From Octopus sinensis (taxonomy: Eukaryota), in NCBI RefSeq assembly GCF_006345805.1, contig NW_021834784.1, positions 1 through 64,000 of the forward strand: a stretch of DNA of 64,000 bases, read 5' to 3'. Below are positions 25,303 to 38,664 of this stretch, piece after piece. A program made the position numbers and the translations under genes. Numbering within the stretch: position 1 is the stretch's first letter; every line of letters begins with the position of its first letter. Below the pieces are notes generated by a model, which had not been told where the DNA came from, ran no database searches, and worked only from the letters and a program-made list of their open reading frames with translations.

Positions 25303-25515
25303 AAGGGTGAAATATAATTAATTTAATAAAATCAACAAATTTCACCAAGTAATTTTCCGGTATGGAAAAGGACCGAATTTTACCGTATATATATATTATA
25401 TATATATACGACGGGCTTCTTTCAGTTTCCGTCTACCAAATACACTCACAGGGCTTCGGTCATGTAGTTGGTAAGCAAGCTTCTTACTACACAGTCACGC
25501 TGCCCCTATACACAA

Positions 25516-25547
<32 letters not shown>

Positions 25548-26112
25548 CATAGATATAGTTATAGATATATATATATTATGTATAACATATATATTTATAT
25601 AAAACAAACATATATGAGTATATATCTTATCCTCTTCTCTTCAGATAATTATAGAGAATTTTCCATAATTGCTCGTGAGTTTGGGAGAATATTTCACTCA
25701 TGAGATTATCTCCCCCTGTTTCATCTGGAGTCAGCATTACACGATTGGTGTCGTCTCTCTGTAAGCGTGATAATTTAAGTAAAGTGAAAATTTATCTTGT
25801 ATGTTATTTAATATACCTTAATTCGTTTTAACATTCAAACACACACACACACACACTACACGCACGTGCGCGCGCGCACACACACACTCGCACGCATACG
25901 CATATATACATATATAGGGCGGTGGGTTAGGTCAGTGTGTTAATAAAATATAAATATATCTTTGTCTTGCGACAATATGATATATATATATATATATATA
26001 TATTGGCCTGCTCGCTTAGCCAGCGGGGTGGCGTCATTTGAAGGCTAAAACAATGCGAAGCGCATCGTGCCCCGCGATGTGTAGCAACATCTGATGGCGG
26101 TGATCACGGTGA

Positions 26113-26252
<140 letters not shown>

Positions 26253-26341
26253 TGGATATGTATATATATATATATATATATATTCATATGAAAAAATAAG
26301 TCGAAATAGAAAATGCTAAAATAATTTTATAAAGAACATTT

Positions 26342-26380
26342 CAGTACCGGTTTCTGTCATTTTGAGACCTTTTCAACTGT
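26342..26380 (-). ncRNA. Decayed hammerhead-like motif (CCGG helix III)
   Basis: Minus strand: CAG-TTGAAAA-GGTC tcaaaat GACA-GAAA-CCGG-TA-CTG. Confidence 0.4.
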
Positions 26381-26705
26381 AACGATTAAATAATTAAATT
26401 TAGAAAAATTAAAAGAAATGTTTTTTTAAAGGAATATTTATATAGTGTTCAAATATAATTGGCATTTTCCTTGTTTCTGTCTTGCTCTGATATATATATA
26501 TATATATATATAATATATATTATATATATACACACATACATATACATACATATGTATGAATATATGCATTTATACATGTATGTATGTATGCACGTAGATA
26601 TGTATGTAACGTATATATGTATGTATGAGATGAGATGAAGCGTATTGTGTGTTTGCGCATGTGCACACATAGATATATATCTACATACGCGCACAAAATT
26701 ATGTT

Positions 26706-27155
26706 TTTCTATTATAGATACAAGGCCAGTAATTTTGAGGTAGGGGGGTAAGTCGATTACATCGACCTCAGTTCACAACCGGTACTTATTTTATCGACTC
26801 CGAAAGGATGAAAGCCTTCGGCAGAATTTGAGCTCTGAACATAGAGACGGACGAAATGCCGCTAAGCATTTTGCCCTGCATGCTAACAATTCTGCCAGGT
26901 CGCCGCCTAGGGAGAGTCAAACGTTGTTGAACAGTGTTTTTATTTCTTCGATCGGAGAGGGGACAAATAAGGACAGACAAAATGATTAAGTCGATTAGAT
27001 CGACTCCAGTACAAAACTGGTAATTATTTAATCGACCGTGAAAGGATGAAAGGCAAAGTCGACCCCGGCGGAGTTTGAACTCAGAACGGAAAGACAAACG
27101 AAATACCGCTAAGCATTGTGCCCGGTGTGCTAACGATTCTGCCGGCTCGCCGCCC
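26706..27155 (-). mobile_element. Two adjacent SINE family A copies (26706-26908, 26955-27155)
   Basis: Both show the core and the TTCTGCC.G.TCGCCGCC head end. Confidence 0.8.
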
Positions 27156-27275
27156 TTGTTGAACAGTATTTAGATCAAGCAAACACAAATAAGGGGTACA
27201 GCTCGAAATTAGACTCAAACCTTCAGTTTCAAAGGATAAGAATGAGAACTAGTAAACGCAGCAATGGAAAGAATA

Positions 27276-27310
<35 letters not shown>

Positions 27311-27699
27311 TATTTATTATAGAATTTAAAGATTTCAATACATTCTTCTATGTAATGAAATTTCTTTTTCAAATCCTTTTATGTTCCGTCCTGTTTTTAT
27401 TTCGTTATTAGCTTACTAAACCAGCCATTTAAAGATAGCTAAATTCGTTCGATAATTGCGTAAATTGCTTAAAATACCTTCATATAATGAACGTTTTAAA
27501 CGCTTAATTGGTAAACTAGCTTTATATAATGAACGTGCGATGTTTAATTGCTAAAATACCTGAACATAATTGACACTTTAACGCTTAAATCAATAGAGCT
27601 AGTAAGTTTTTTTGTTGTTGTTTATTTTTATTATTGATTTAGTATTGAAATTATTGTCTTTCGTTATCATTGTGGCTGCTGCGTCTTTTATCGTCTGTC

Positions 27700-28030
27700 T
27701 TTTACTTGTTTCAGTTACTGGACTGTGGCCAAGCTGGGGCACCGCCTTGGAGCGTTTTTGTCAAACAAATCGACTTCAGTACTTTGCCGAGTCGGTAAGT
27801 TACACGGACGTAAGCAAAACAACATCGGTTGTCAAGCGATGGCTAGGGTGTGACAAATACTGACACAAAGACTCAGATATACACTCACATATATTTATGT
27901 ATGTATATGACAGGCTGACGGGCTTCCACACAGTTTCCGCTAATCAAATACACTCACAAGGCATTGATCCACAGTAGGCAAGAGGAGAAAACACTTGATC
28001 AAGTCGCCGCGCCATAGGATTGATCCCGAA
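27700..28030 (-). mobile_element. SINE family B, diverged
   Basis: TTTACTTGTTTCAGT...GGTTGTCAAGCGA...GACGGGCTT landmarks. Confidence 0.75.
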
Positions 28031-28069
28031 ACGAGGCAGCGAGATGGTGGAATCGTTACCACGTTGGAG

Positions 28070-28277
28070 GTAAAACAAGAGAGGACAAACAAGGACAGAC
28101 AAACGGATTAAGTCGATTATATCGACCCCAGTGCGTAACTGGTACTTATTTAATCAACCCCGAAAGGATGAAAAGCAAAGTCGACCTCGGCGGAATCTGA
28201 ACTCAGAACGTAGCGGCAGACGAAATACCTCTAAGCATTTCGCCCGGCGTGCTAACATTTCTGCCAGCTCTCCGCCT
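28070..28277 (-). mobile_element. SINE family A
   Basis: Homology to other copies. Confidence 0.85.
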
Positions 28278-28866
28278 GTCTAGGCATATTCCTACAGGAT
28301 GTTATCAAAAACGCAATATGTATAGTACTGCTTTATCTAATGTGGCCGTTTTAACGCGTGATACTAACGTGTTTTAACTGCTATTTCTAGAAACATGAGC
28401 GGGTTGGTAGAGGCTTCTTCATTTACGAATCAACGATGGGACATCACTAGAAGTAACTAGTGCATCGTCTCTCATTGACAAACAATAGATAACAGTAATT
28501 GCGAATGAAAGTGGAAACAAGAATCGTTATTTAATTGATTAGTTTATGTTTTATCGATTAGTTTCTCCTGTTTCTATACGATAGTGTCCACTCCTAAGAA
28601 TGCAATGTTTAAAACCGTTCATTGATAGTATGGTGGTTTGCATCAGCCACAGAAGAAAAAAATAATTAATCGACACCGTAGACGCATCTAACGACATTAG
28701 TAACGCCACCAACGTCAACAAAACATCTAATTCAGCAATAAGAAACACACACATGCACGCACAAACACACACACACACACACACGACGTACATATGCATA
28801 TAGGTAAATATAGAAAAACAATACTTCCATTTATATTGTCTCTCTTTCTCTCCCTCTTTATGTCTG

Positions 28867-28956
<90 letters not shown>

Positions 28957-29010
28957 ATAAAACGGTAAGATAACAAAAGAAAGAAAGAGACCTCAATATT
29001 ATGTAAATAG

Positions 29011-29660
29011 AGGATCTGGTTTACGCCCCCTTACTCACCCGAGGTGGCCTTCAATATAGGTAAATATTTCCTAGCACTGATAGATAGACATTTTCCAGTT
29101 AACCATGCTTATAGGAAACTCTTCAATAGACACAATTAAAAATTAGTTTTAGTTCAACTACCAATTTTAAAAACATAATCAATCATAACATACAAAAAAC
29201 ACAAGAAGAAAACAGCTGTTCATGCAGGAATAAAGAATTGTGCCCGCTAAATGGAGCTTGCATGTCCAAGACCATCATATATGAAGCTACCGTAAACTCT
29301 ATAACCACTAAAGACACCGTTTCGACGAAGAAATACGTGGGCCTGACAGAGGGTAATTTCAAGGCCAGGTTCAATAACCACACTTTGAGCTTTAGGCACT
29401 GGAACAAAAGAAAAGCGACACAATTATCCAATCATATTTGGTTTTTAAGAGATAAAGGTGTCGATTATAACATACAATGGAAGATTTTGGCCAGATGTAA
29501 GCCCTATACTAACGGCAGCGGAAGGTGCGGTTTATGCGACATGGAGAGATGGCTTATCTGGAAAAGCAGCTTAGACCCTACCACATGTCTAAATACAAGG
29601 ACAGAGCTTTTCGGATCATGCCCACATGTGACTAAATTTCTGTTACGTTTTTGGTCCCCT
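29011..29660 (+). pseudogene. Frameshifted PLE linker/GIY-YIG endonuclease coding fragment
   Basis: ORF 29238-29819 extends upstream across a frameshift; GIY-YIG-like motifs IIYEATV / YVGLT / RFNNH. Confidence 0.85.
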
Positions 29661-29868
29661 AAGAAAACGGATAGAACATGCTTTCTGTGTTATGTCCCAA
29701 GAAGATTTTATATATTTTTATATATTTTTATATATTTTTATGTATTTTTATATAATTTCTATGACGAAAAATGCGAGCGATGTATAAGTGCGCAGGCAAA
29801 CAGAGTTATAACAGAGTAATTTCCCTTCATTTTTAACGGTATTTTTTCATAACGTTTTCAAATAGCCA

Positions 29869-29929
29869 GATAACCGAAGAGATGGTGTTGTGGATTTCCA
29901 CTTCGGCATCTGAAACTCAGAGTTTTATC
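29869..29929 (+). ncRNA. Type I hammerhead ribozyme-like motif in PLE 3' end
   Basis: GATAA-CCGAAGA-GATG...CATC-T-GAAA-CTCAGAG-TT-TTATC, directly downstream of the GIY-YIG ORF. Confidence 0.75.
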
Positions 29930-29952
29930 TTGACTACCGAGTAATGTAACAT

Positions 29953-29991
<39 letters not shown>

Positions 29992-30008
29992 TAGAGAGAG
30001 AGATCGCC

Positions 30009-30215
30009 ATGTTGATTCGCTAGCCTCTGCACGCATTTTTTTCTCTCCTTGTTTCTTTCTGTGTTTCTTTTCTGTGTATCTTTCTGTTGAAGAGCGTAGG
30101 CTCGAAACGTAAAAGACTTGTTTTATTTATATTCCTGAGCGCCATACTAATACAATTGTTTGTTTGTATTCCACCTGCCTTCGTCTTTTGTTTATTTTCA
30201 TAAAGCTTCCCGTTA
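30009..30215 (+). mobile_element. About 205-bp non-coding hammerhead-bearing interspersed repeat
   Basis: Near-identical inverted copy at 56347-56553; flanked by (TA)n; no ORF, TIR or Pol III boxes seen. Confidence 0.8.
30079..30116 (+). ncRNA. Minimal hammerhead-like motif
   Basis: TCTTT-CTGTTGA-A-GAGC gtag GCTC-GAAA-CG-TA-AAAGA; A6U core variant; 2-nt helix III (CG). Confidence 0.6.
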
Positions 30216-30278
30216 TATATATATATATATATATATACTAGTAGACATATATACGCAATGTATATATATAAATATATA

Positions 30279-30330
<52 letters not shown>

Positions 30331-31933
30331 GTATTTTGTATTTATATTTGTGTAACATCGTCTGTTTTTCCGTACTTGTTTTCGTATACATTCGATGCTT
30401 TCTTCCAAGGAATCTAATGCTCTTAGCTTAGTTTTTCCTTGGGGCTGGCCAGATTGGAGCAATCCCAAGAATAATCAGCCGAAATTGCGATGATCCGGTC
30501 ACTGACTGAGGATAGAGAGCTTAAATGACCCGTCCTTGTTTTTTGTATCGTCTATCTGGATGTTTTGTTGTCCCTTTTTGTATCACCTAGTTGTTCGGAT
30601 GTTTTGCGTTCTTGTCCCATTTTGTATTATATATATATATGCTTACATATCTATATATATATATGTGTATATACACATTGATAAAAGATATATATGTATG
30701 CACTAATGAATACATATACATGCACTCCAACAAGAACACACACACAAACACACTCATATACACTCACACACATACACACACGAGCAAAATTATTCCTGCC
30801 GATGTTCTTTTTCTCGAATAAATGCAACAGAACCGTCCACAAATTAGACACCAATAACCAAGCATTGTCCATTCCTAATTAGATTACCCACGAAGTAAAC
30901 GAGGAATTACCAAAATGGACGATCCCCACAAACTATGAATCCACAAAATCTTTCCACTTTACAACAATGAAAAAAAAAACAGAATAATGAGACTAAGATA
31001 TAAGAAATTCGAAATTGTGCTTAACGTGTATTCACATCATCAGCAGCCACTCGGATATCATTATGATTTCGACACCCTTCAATCCAAGGGTGACCATAGC
31101 GTTAAAGATATAAATGCTGCTTGGGAATCCACCGGTTTATTACTACAGTAACAACATCAGAGTGAACAATAGTGATGAATTATAGCTACAAAGTAGTATT
31201 TATGACCATATAACAAAGCAATATTTCCAAACAGGATACCAAACCAAAAATTTTGTGAGTAGGGGTAAGCTGATTACATTGACATCAGTACTCAACTGGT
31301 ACTTATTTTATCGATCCAGAAATGATGATATGCATAGCCGACCTCGGCAGAATAGTATGTATTAAATATTGGATCTTAAATAACATCTGACAAAACAATA
31401 TTAAATATAAACTGGTCAATAATAAGACGTACTCCTTCAGCACAGAGGAAAATACGCCCAGATATGCTTGTTCAACTGCAGTAAAAAATGAGGAATTGTC
31501 AGGTGATATACACCAGAATAAATTCATGTTTAAACATAGGTCCAAATTACAAACAAACAGAGATTGTGGTGTGATTTTTTTTTCTATGTATTAAAGATCT
31601 CGGTTAATTTTGGCTTGAACATTTTTGTCTTAAGAATAAGGACCGCACCTTATAGGTGGTACTCCGGCATGGCTGAGTAATTATGAAGCTTGCCTTGCAA
31701 CCACGTGGTACTTTGGGCAAGTGAGCTATTCTTTGACCCCAGGCCGAACAAAGGCTTGTAACCGAATTTGAAGACAAAGCTGTGTAGAAACCTGTCCTCT
31801 CACTCTCTCTCCCTTTCTCTCTCTCTATCACTCCCTTCATGTCGCTCTCTCTCGCTCTCTCTCTCTTTCTCTCTCTCTCTTTCTCTCTCTCTCTCTGTAT
31901 ATGTATATATAATATATATATATAGTATGTATG

Positions 31934-32005
<72 letters not shown>

Positions 32006-32787
32006 TAAAGTGAGTGAGAGAAAGTATGTGTATGTGTTTATGTGTATATATGTGTGTGTGCGTGTGTGCATGTGTGTGTGTGTATGTGTGTGTGTATGCA
32101 TGTGTGTGTGTGCATCGCGCGTATTTCTGTCATTATTCCTAATTGTTACGCCAAATATTACAAATGATTTCAGGATACAAAACACGCTTAAAATTTGTTT
32201 GACCGAAAATATATATTCTCTCGGAACACATAAGTGAATGGATCCATTCAATACAAATAGAACCATATATTGAATGAGAACTGGATGTTCCATATTCTTC
32301 AGTTTTATTTCTACTATTTGAAACATTATTTTTACCTTTGCCAATCAATTTCCCCCTGTTCCCATTTTTTCATTGTCAATACGAAACAGATTTGTAATCG
32401 TTTCGCTAAATATGATATTCTCAGTTTCTTGTTCGTTTATTGTGCGATTGTTTTCTCTGTATTTCTTTCTGTTTTATTAATCTTTTATTCCTCAGTGTTT
32501 TTTCTCTATGCTATTTGTCCGTATATATTGCAATATTATGTTGCAAATTGTAATAATGTTGTTTGTCTCAATGTAGCTTTCTGCACATTTCCCTATTCTC
32601 ACGTTCAATTACCATCGCCGCTGATTCAAAGAAAATTTTAGATTAGTATATTAAATTCCAATATGTCTTCGATGCTTTTCTTGTATAGCTATTTGTCTTT
32701 CCGCCGCATATATTATAATATTATATATTATATTATATATATATATATATATATAGATATATATATATGATACACACAAATATAAGT

Positions 32788-33000
32788 TAAACTCAAAATT
32801 CGGATTTATCTATCAACTTGAGACGAAAGAGAATCGATGAATCGATCATACAATATCATATAATTTTCTGTTTTATATATCGATACGTCGATACGTAACT
32901 GAATTGTTCTTTGTGAAATGTGGAATTTATAATCGTGATTCTCTATCATCGATTCTCTTTAGATTTGAGTTGATAGATTTAATCCGAATTTGAGCTAAAC
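32788..33000. mobile_element. MITE-like element with about 55-bp imperfect TIRs
   Basis: CTCAAAATTCGGATTTATCTATCAACT...AAAGAGAATCGATGA versus TCATCGATTCTCTTT...AGTTGATAGATTTAATCCGAATTTGAG. Confidence 0.6.
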
Positions 33001-33200
33001 CCAAATATTTACGTGACGGACATAAACAGCTATAATAGAGCAATAGAGAGATATGAAAGACATATCACAATTAAATATACCAATACAAGATGTTTATTGA
33101 ATAAGTAGGGACAATAATACACACACACACACACCACACACACCACATATATATATATTATATATATATATATATATATCTATATATATATATATTATAA

Positions 33201-33303
33201 CAATTATTCGGTAGCCATGATAAAACTCAGAGTTTCGGATGCCGAGGTGGGAATCCACGCCGCCATCTCTTCAGTTATCCGGCCAATGACTACCGAATAA
33301 TTG
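33201..33303 (-). ncRNA. Type I hammerhead ribozyme (same family as 29869) with long extended helix I
   Basis: Minus strand: CAATTATTCGGTAGTCAT tggccg GATAA-CTGAAGA-GATG...CATC-C-GAAA-CTCTGAG-TT-TTATC ATGGCTACCGAATAATTG. Canonical CUGANGA and GAAA boxes; 18-bp outer stem. Confidence 0.85.
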
Positions 33304-33441
33304 TCACATATTACATTTACAGATAAATTCCTCTACTTACATAATATCCTTTTCTTTTTTTTTTTTTTTGGTCTTAACAGTTTTATCTATATATATATAT
33401 ATATATATATATACCATGAGTTTACTTTCAGATATATACTC

Positions 33442-33840
33442 AGGCGCTGGAGTGGCTGTGTGGTAAGTAGCTTGTTTACCAACCACATGGTTCCGGGTTC
33501 AGTCCCACTGTGTGGCACCTTGGGCAAGTGTCTTCTACTATAACCTCGGGCCGACCAAAGTCTTGTGAGTGTATTTGGTAGGCGGAAACTGAAAAGAAGC
33601 GCGTCGTATATATCGGATATATATATATATGCGTGTGTGTGTTTGTCCCCCTAGCATTGCTTGACAACCGATGCTGGTGTGTTTATGTCCCCGTTACTTA
33701 GCGGTTCGGCAAAAGAGACCGATAGAATAAGTACTGGGCTTACAAAAAGAATAAGTCCCAGGGTCTAGTTGCTCGATTAAAGGCGGTGCTACAGCATGGC
33801 CGCAGTCAAATGAAGGAAACAAGTAAAAGAGTAAAGAGTA
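33442..33840 (+). mobile_element. SINE family B, full length (tRNA-like head, CORE-like CCTTGGGCAAGTG segment, internal TA/TG microsatellite, AAGAGTA tail)
   Basis: A box TGGCTGTGTGG, B box GGTTCAGTCCC; many homologues in the window. Confidence 0.85.
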
Positions 33841-34120
33841 TTAGGTTTATTTTTTTATACTATCTGAAATAGAATACCCGCATATCTATTAATCCCAAAA
33901 TACTGAATTATTATTGACTTTTGTTAGGTACTTTGTATATTTTTAGATAAATGTATAAATATATGACAAAGACCCCAAGGTACGATATGCAGATGCATAG
34001 AATGCTGAAGGGTTGTACCTGATTGATTTGGAAATTCGTTTTCCCAAATTATTTAAATTATATATATATTTATATACATATAGAAGTAAGTATATATGTG
34101 CATGTATGTATACATATATA

Positions 34121-34429
34121 TCTTAATATATAAAACTGAAGTTGTGTGTGTGAGAGTCTGTCTCCTCCGATTTAGATTCCTAACTACTCCCACATTTTGC
34201 GGTGCAGTTTAACCAAAACCGGGTATCTTATAGTCGTGATTCATATCGAGCCCTTCTGGGCATTAGCGCGCGTCTACGATGAGTCTACGATTATAAAAAA
34301 AATTACCATCATTCTTTTGCATTTTTAATGCATTTTTTGCTCGGTTTATATAAGGGAAGTAACTCTCTAAAAAATGCTTATATAGTTATTTCCCTTACAA
34401 ACCCGAGCAACGCCGGGCGATACTGCCAG
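34121..34429 (+). mobile_element. Non-autonomous Helitron (same family, shorter)
   Basis: 5' TCTTAATATATAAAAC, body nearly identical to the 40994 copy, 3' hairpin then CCAG|T. Confidence 0.85.
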
Positions 34430-34529
34430 TTTGTGTATATATGTGTATAAACATGTATACTTAATATATGTGTATGTATGTATCGCTCATTGAGACAAAT
34501 AAAGGAGAACAGGCCCCTCTTAATAACAA

Positions 34530-34717
34530 TGATAATAATAAGTGGGCTAGTCGATTACTTTGACTTCAGTACGCAACTGGTACTTATTTTATCAAATCTG
34601 AAAGGATGAAAGGTGAACTCGACATCTCAGCGGAATTTGAACTCAGAATGTTGCGACAGGTGAAATACCGCTAAGCATTTCGCCCGGCGTGCTAACGTTT
34701 CTGCCAGATCGCCGCCT
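34530..34717 (-). mobile_element. SINE family A
   Basis: Homology to other copies. Confidence 0.8.
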
Positions 34718-36277
34718 TTATCGAGGTCGTCGTTGCTGCCAACTTCTAGTCATTACCATCAGCATCGTTGTCGCAGTTGCCATCGCCGACATAATCGTCA
34801 TCATCATCATCATCATCATAATCATCATCATCATCAACAACAGCAACAACAACAGTATTGATCACAGATTTACAGAACGGTTGGCCTCCTTGCACGCCGT
34901 CTTTTCATGTTTAAAGTAAAGGCATATCTGCTAGAATGGTGTTTTAATCCTAGCAAACTGTTTGCCTATATTTATAATACCAAATAGCTAACATCTGCTT
35001 AATTCCTGGCCAATATATCTATAAGGCATTGATTGGCCGAGTTTCTAGACCACTTAGTGACAGTCTGGTCAAATAGCGCCGCCAGAAAACAGGTTCTTAT
35101 TAATGTTTACTATTGCAGTATGAGAAATCTATATTATTTCCAAGTCATCGAAGATATTTATCTAATTTACTCTCTCTCTCACTCTTACTCTTTCTCTCAC
35201 TCTCTCTCACTCTCCCTCTTTTTTCCATTTCTCTCCCTGTCTCTCTTCTTAGACACGCGCGCGCACACACAACTACTTGTCAGCCGCACACAGACACAAC
35301 AATCATGCATACATATATACACAGAGAAGCAGATACATGTATCCAAAATATGCATATGTATATATTATATATGTATATTTATATATATATATGTATTTAT
35401 ATATATATATATATAATATATTATATATATATATATATATTATATATATATATATATAATATATATAATAAATATACATATATATATATATATACATATA
35501 TATTTAAATATATAATACATATACACACACAACACATATATATATATATAATATATATACACACACACACACACCACATATATATATATATATATAATAT
35601 ATATATATATATATACACACTCGAATTAAGGGGATGTCGGAACATAAATATTTGTCTCCTTACTGGCTCTATATTTGCCAGACGCTAAAATTTTTTTTAA
35701 AGTCTGTAATTTCTTTCGTACCCCGTGTAAAAATAGAGCCTACATTTTTTGACATAAAAGATCAACATTTGATTTCGACAGATAATTAAACCATAACAGT
35801 TTACTTTGCATTTTTATATATACTTCACATCCGACAAAACAATATCAAATATAAACTGATTAATAATAAGAAGTACTCCTTTGGGTCCGAACGAAATGCG
35901 GCCAAATATGCTTGTTCAATGAAGTAAAAAGTGAAAAGATGTCAGGTGACATACACCAGAATAAATTTATGCTTAAAAATAGGTCCAGATTAGATTACAA
36001 ATAAGGTGATTGACCGATGGCATAACAGCAGCAGGTAAAGCAATGGAGGCATAAATATATCAATACTAACAAAGTAACATTAAAAAGTAATTAAGTATGA
36101 GACGAATTTCAATTCTGTATGATCAGATATACGTTTAGATTAATATCTATGTCGTTATAGACGAGGTAAGCTTTTTTTATACACAATATTCAAAGCGTTC
36201 ACTATACATAACAAAAGCGTGTAGATATATAATATATATATATATCTACACGCTTAATAATATATAATTATTCATTC

Positions 36278-36308
<31 letters not shown>

Positions 36309-36527
36309 GAATGAATAATTATATCTATCACCACACATATACATGCATATGATTATATATATATATATCTAATCTATCTTTCTATCTATCTATTTATTTA
36401 TTTATCTATCCATTTATCTATAGATATGTTTCTTTATTAGCCACACAGGGCAGCACACAGAGGGGGCAAATTACAATGTAGAGCTTTTCTTTTGGGGGTA
36501 AAAAAGGGGGGTTGGTTTTCGATCACT

Positions 36528-36618
<91 letters not shown>

Positions 36619-37374
36619 TACATACATACATGCAGATATATGTATGTACATATATATATATATGTGTGTGTGATGTGGGTGTTTGTGTGTATTGTATGAG
36701 TGAATGTGTGTTGTGGAATGAAGCTTATAATAAAAATAGTGAGCAAACTGAATAGAGATGAGTTACGGTGAAGTCAACTATTAGCAACCAGATGAACGAT
36801 GTTCCTTCTCTAAGAATGAGTAAAGGACCCACTTCCATTTTGATTGTCGACAGATTTTATTGAGTATAAAAGTTCCATCAATAAAATTAAACCGTAACAA
36901 ATTAATTCACATGTTGATACTCACTTCACATGAACGTAAGACTTTGCGCTACCCAAACTCATTATAAAACAATGATAGTAATTACTGCTTCATGAGTAAG
37001 ACAAAAGACATTATTTTATCGGTTACTTCATAACCAAGACCATATTCATTTACCTGAGCAACTCACAAGAATTACTATCGTTCTCAATGGTTGGTACTTA
37101 CCTGGACGCAACACAACCTCAGTCTACAATTCGTAAATGTAAACATGACTATGTAACTAGTGTTGATATAAAAGCAACGAAAAACAATAAGAGTCAACGC
37201 AATGAGGTCTCAGTTACACGTATTGCTGTTAATCATTTCTACCAGTTACAGTGATGCGGCGATTAAATCAGCCAGATCGAAGTCAGATTGCACACTCACT
37301 TGATAGGACAACGGATATATGTTTCTGTATAGTACTTGAAAACAACAGTCTTTTAGTTATCGTTTTGAAATTCT

Positions 37375-37647
37375 TCTCTTTTACTCTTTTACTCTTTTAC
37401 TTGTTTCAGTCATTTGACAGTGGACATGCTGGAGCACCGTCTTTAGTCGAGCACATCGACCCCCTAGGACTTACTCTTTGTAAGCCTAGTACTTACTCTT
37501 TGTAAGCCTAGTACTTATTCTATCGGTCTCTTTTGCCGAACCGCTAAGTTAAGGGCACGTAAACACACCAGCATCGGTTGTCAAGCGATGCTGGGGAGAC
37601 CAAACACAGACACACACAAATACAACATACATATATATAATATACAT

Positions 37648-37743
<96 letters not shown>

Positions 37744-37900
37744 GACGGGCTTCTTTCAGTTTCCGTCTACCAAATCCACTCACAAGGCTTTGCTCGGCCC
37801 GAGGCTATAGTAGAAGACACTTGCCCAAGTTGCCACATAGTGGGACTGAACCCGGAACCATGTAGTTCGTAAACAAGCTACTTACCATACAGCCACTCTT
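37375..37900 (-). mobile_element. SINE family B, full length
   Basis: Reverse complement of the 33442 copy with longer internal (TA)n and a 22-bp internal duplication near 37470-37515. Confidence 0.85.
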
Positions 37901-38664
37901 CGTGAAAAAGCATGACAGAACTAATACCTCTGTCAGCGTACAAACTGAAAGTCATTATAAATGTCGAGATGACATCATCTTCTTCTTCATCTATCATGTC
38001 TCCATCCCAAGGGCTGAACATTTATGGGGTTTTTTTTTCTTGGAAAAGATACTACAGTGGTTACTCGTAACATTTTACAATTTTATTTACAGTTTATTCT
38101 CTTAGAATCTGGCTGTCCCGAGCTTTGAGGTACAGGACCTGTTCCCCTTGAGACAGGGAAACTGGTTCATGTCACATCAAGGTACATCTACATATCATTT
38201 TGCCTTGTAACACTTGTCTATGAACCCGCACTTTCAGTCCCATGTGCCCGAATTACGGGACTACCTTCTACTATTTAACCCATAACTTCGGCTTTTGATA
38301 GGCATTACCAAACCGGGCCAGAGAGGACGTGGAAGCGGCAATGACTAAGAAGTAATCCATCTTTTTTTTAAACCTTAGAATTCAGAGTTAGGTCTTCAAA
38401 ACTGGGTGTAGTCTTGCCTGGAACACGGAGAAATTATAGACCCGTGTAACATTAAGAGAAATTGGTTATTCGAGGACACCTGTGAAATAACGAGGAAGGA
38501 TATCGAATAAAATTCGAGTAATTACAAACGGAAAGTCTGCTGACAGAAGAGGGCCTTTTAAATGACCAAAAGGACAGACAAGCAATCTCCCAAAAATGGA
38601 TGAACATATATTCGAAGCACATTTAGAAAAAAACGAATAAAGTCTACAAGTAATTCAACCTCAA

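Larger units (their letters stand above)
29011..29955 (+). mobile_element. 5'-truncated Penelope-like retroelement: linker, GIY-YIG endonuclease, 3' UTR and hammerhead-bearing end
   Basis: Translates as RIWFTPPYSPEVAFNIGKYFLALIDRHFPVNHAYRKLFNRHN, then a 1-nt frameshift near 29135, then KISFSSTTNFKNIINHN...CSCRNKELCPLNGACMSKTIIYEATV...KYVGLTEGNFKARFNNH...CGLCDMERWLI...LNTRTELFGSCPH. This is the typical PLE C-terminal GIY-YIG with Cys motifs. No RT domain present. Confidence 0.9.

Noticed and set aside
30435-30500. GCAAT-C...GAAA-TTGC possible hammerhead helix III
   Set aside because: No CUGANGA box or helix I/II between the strands.
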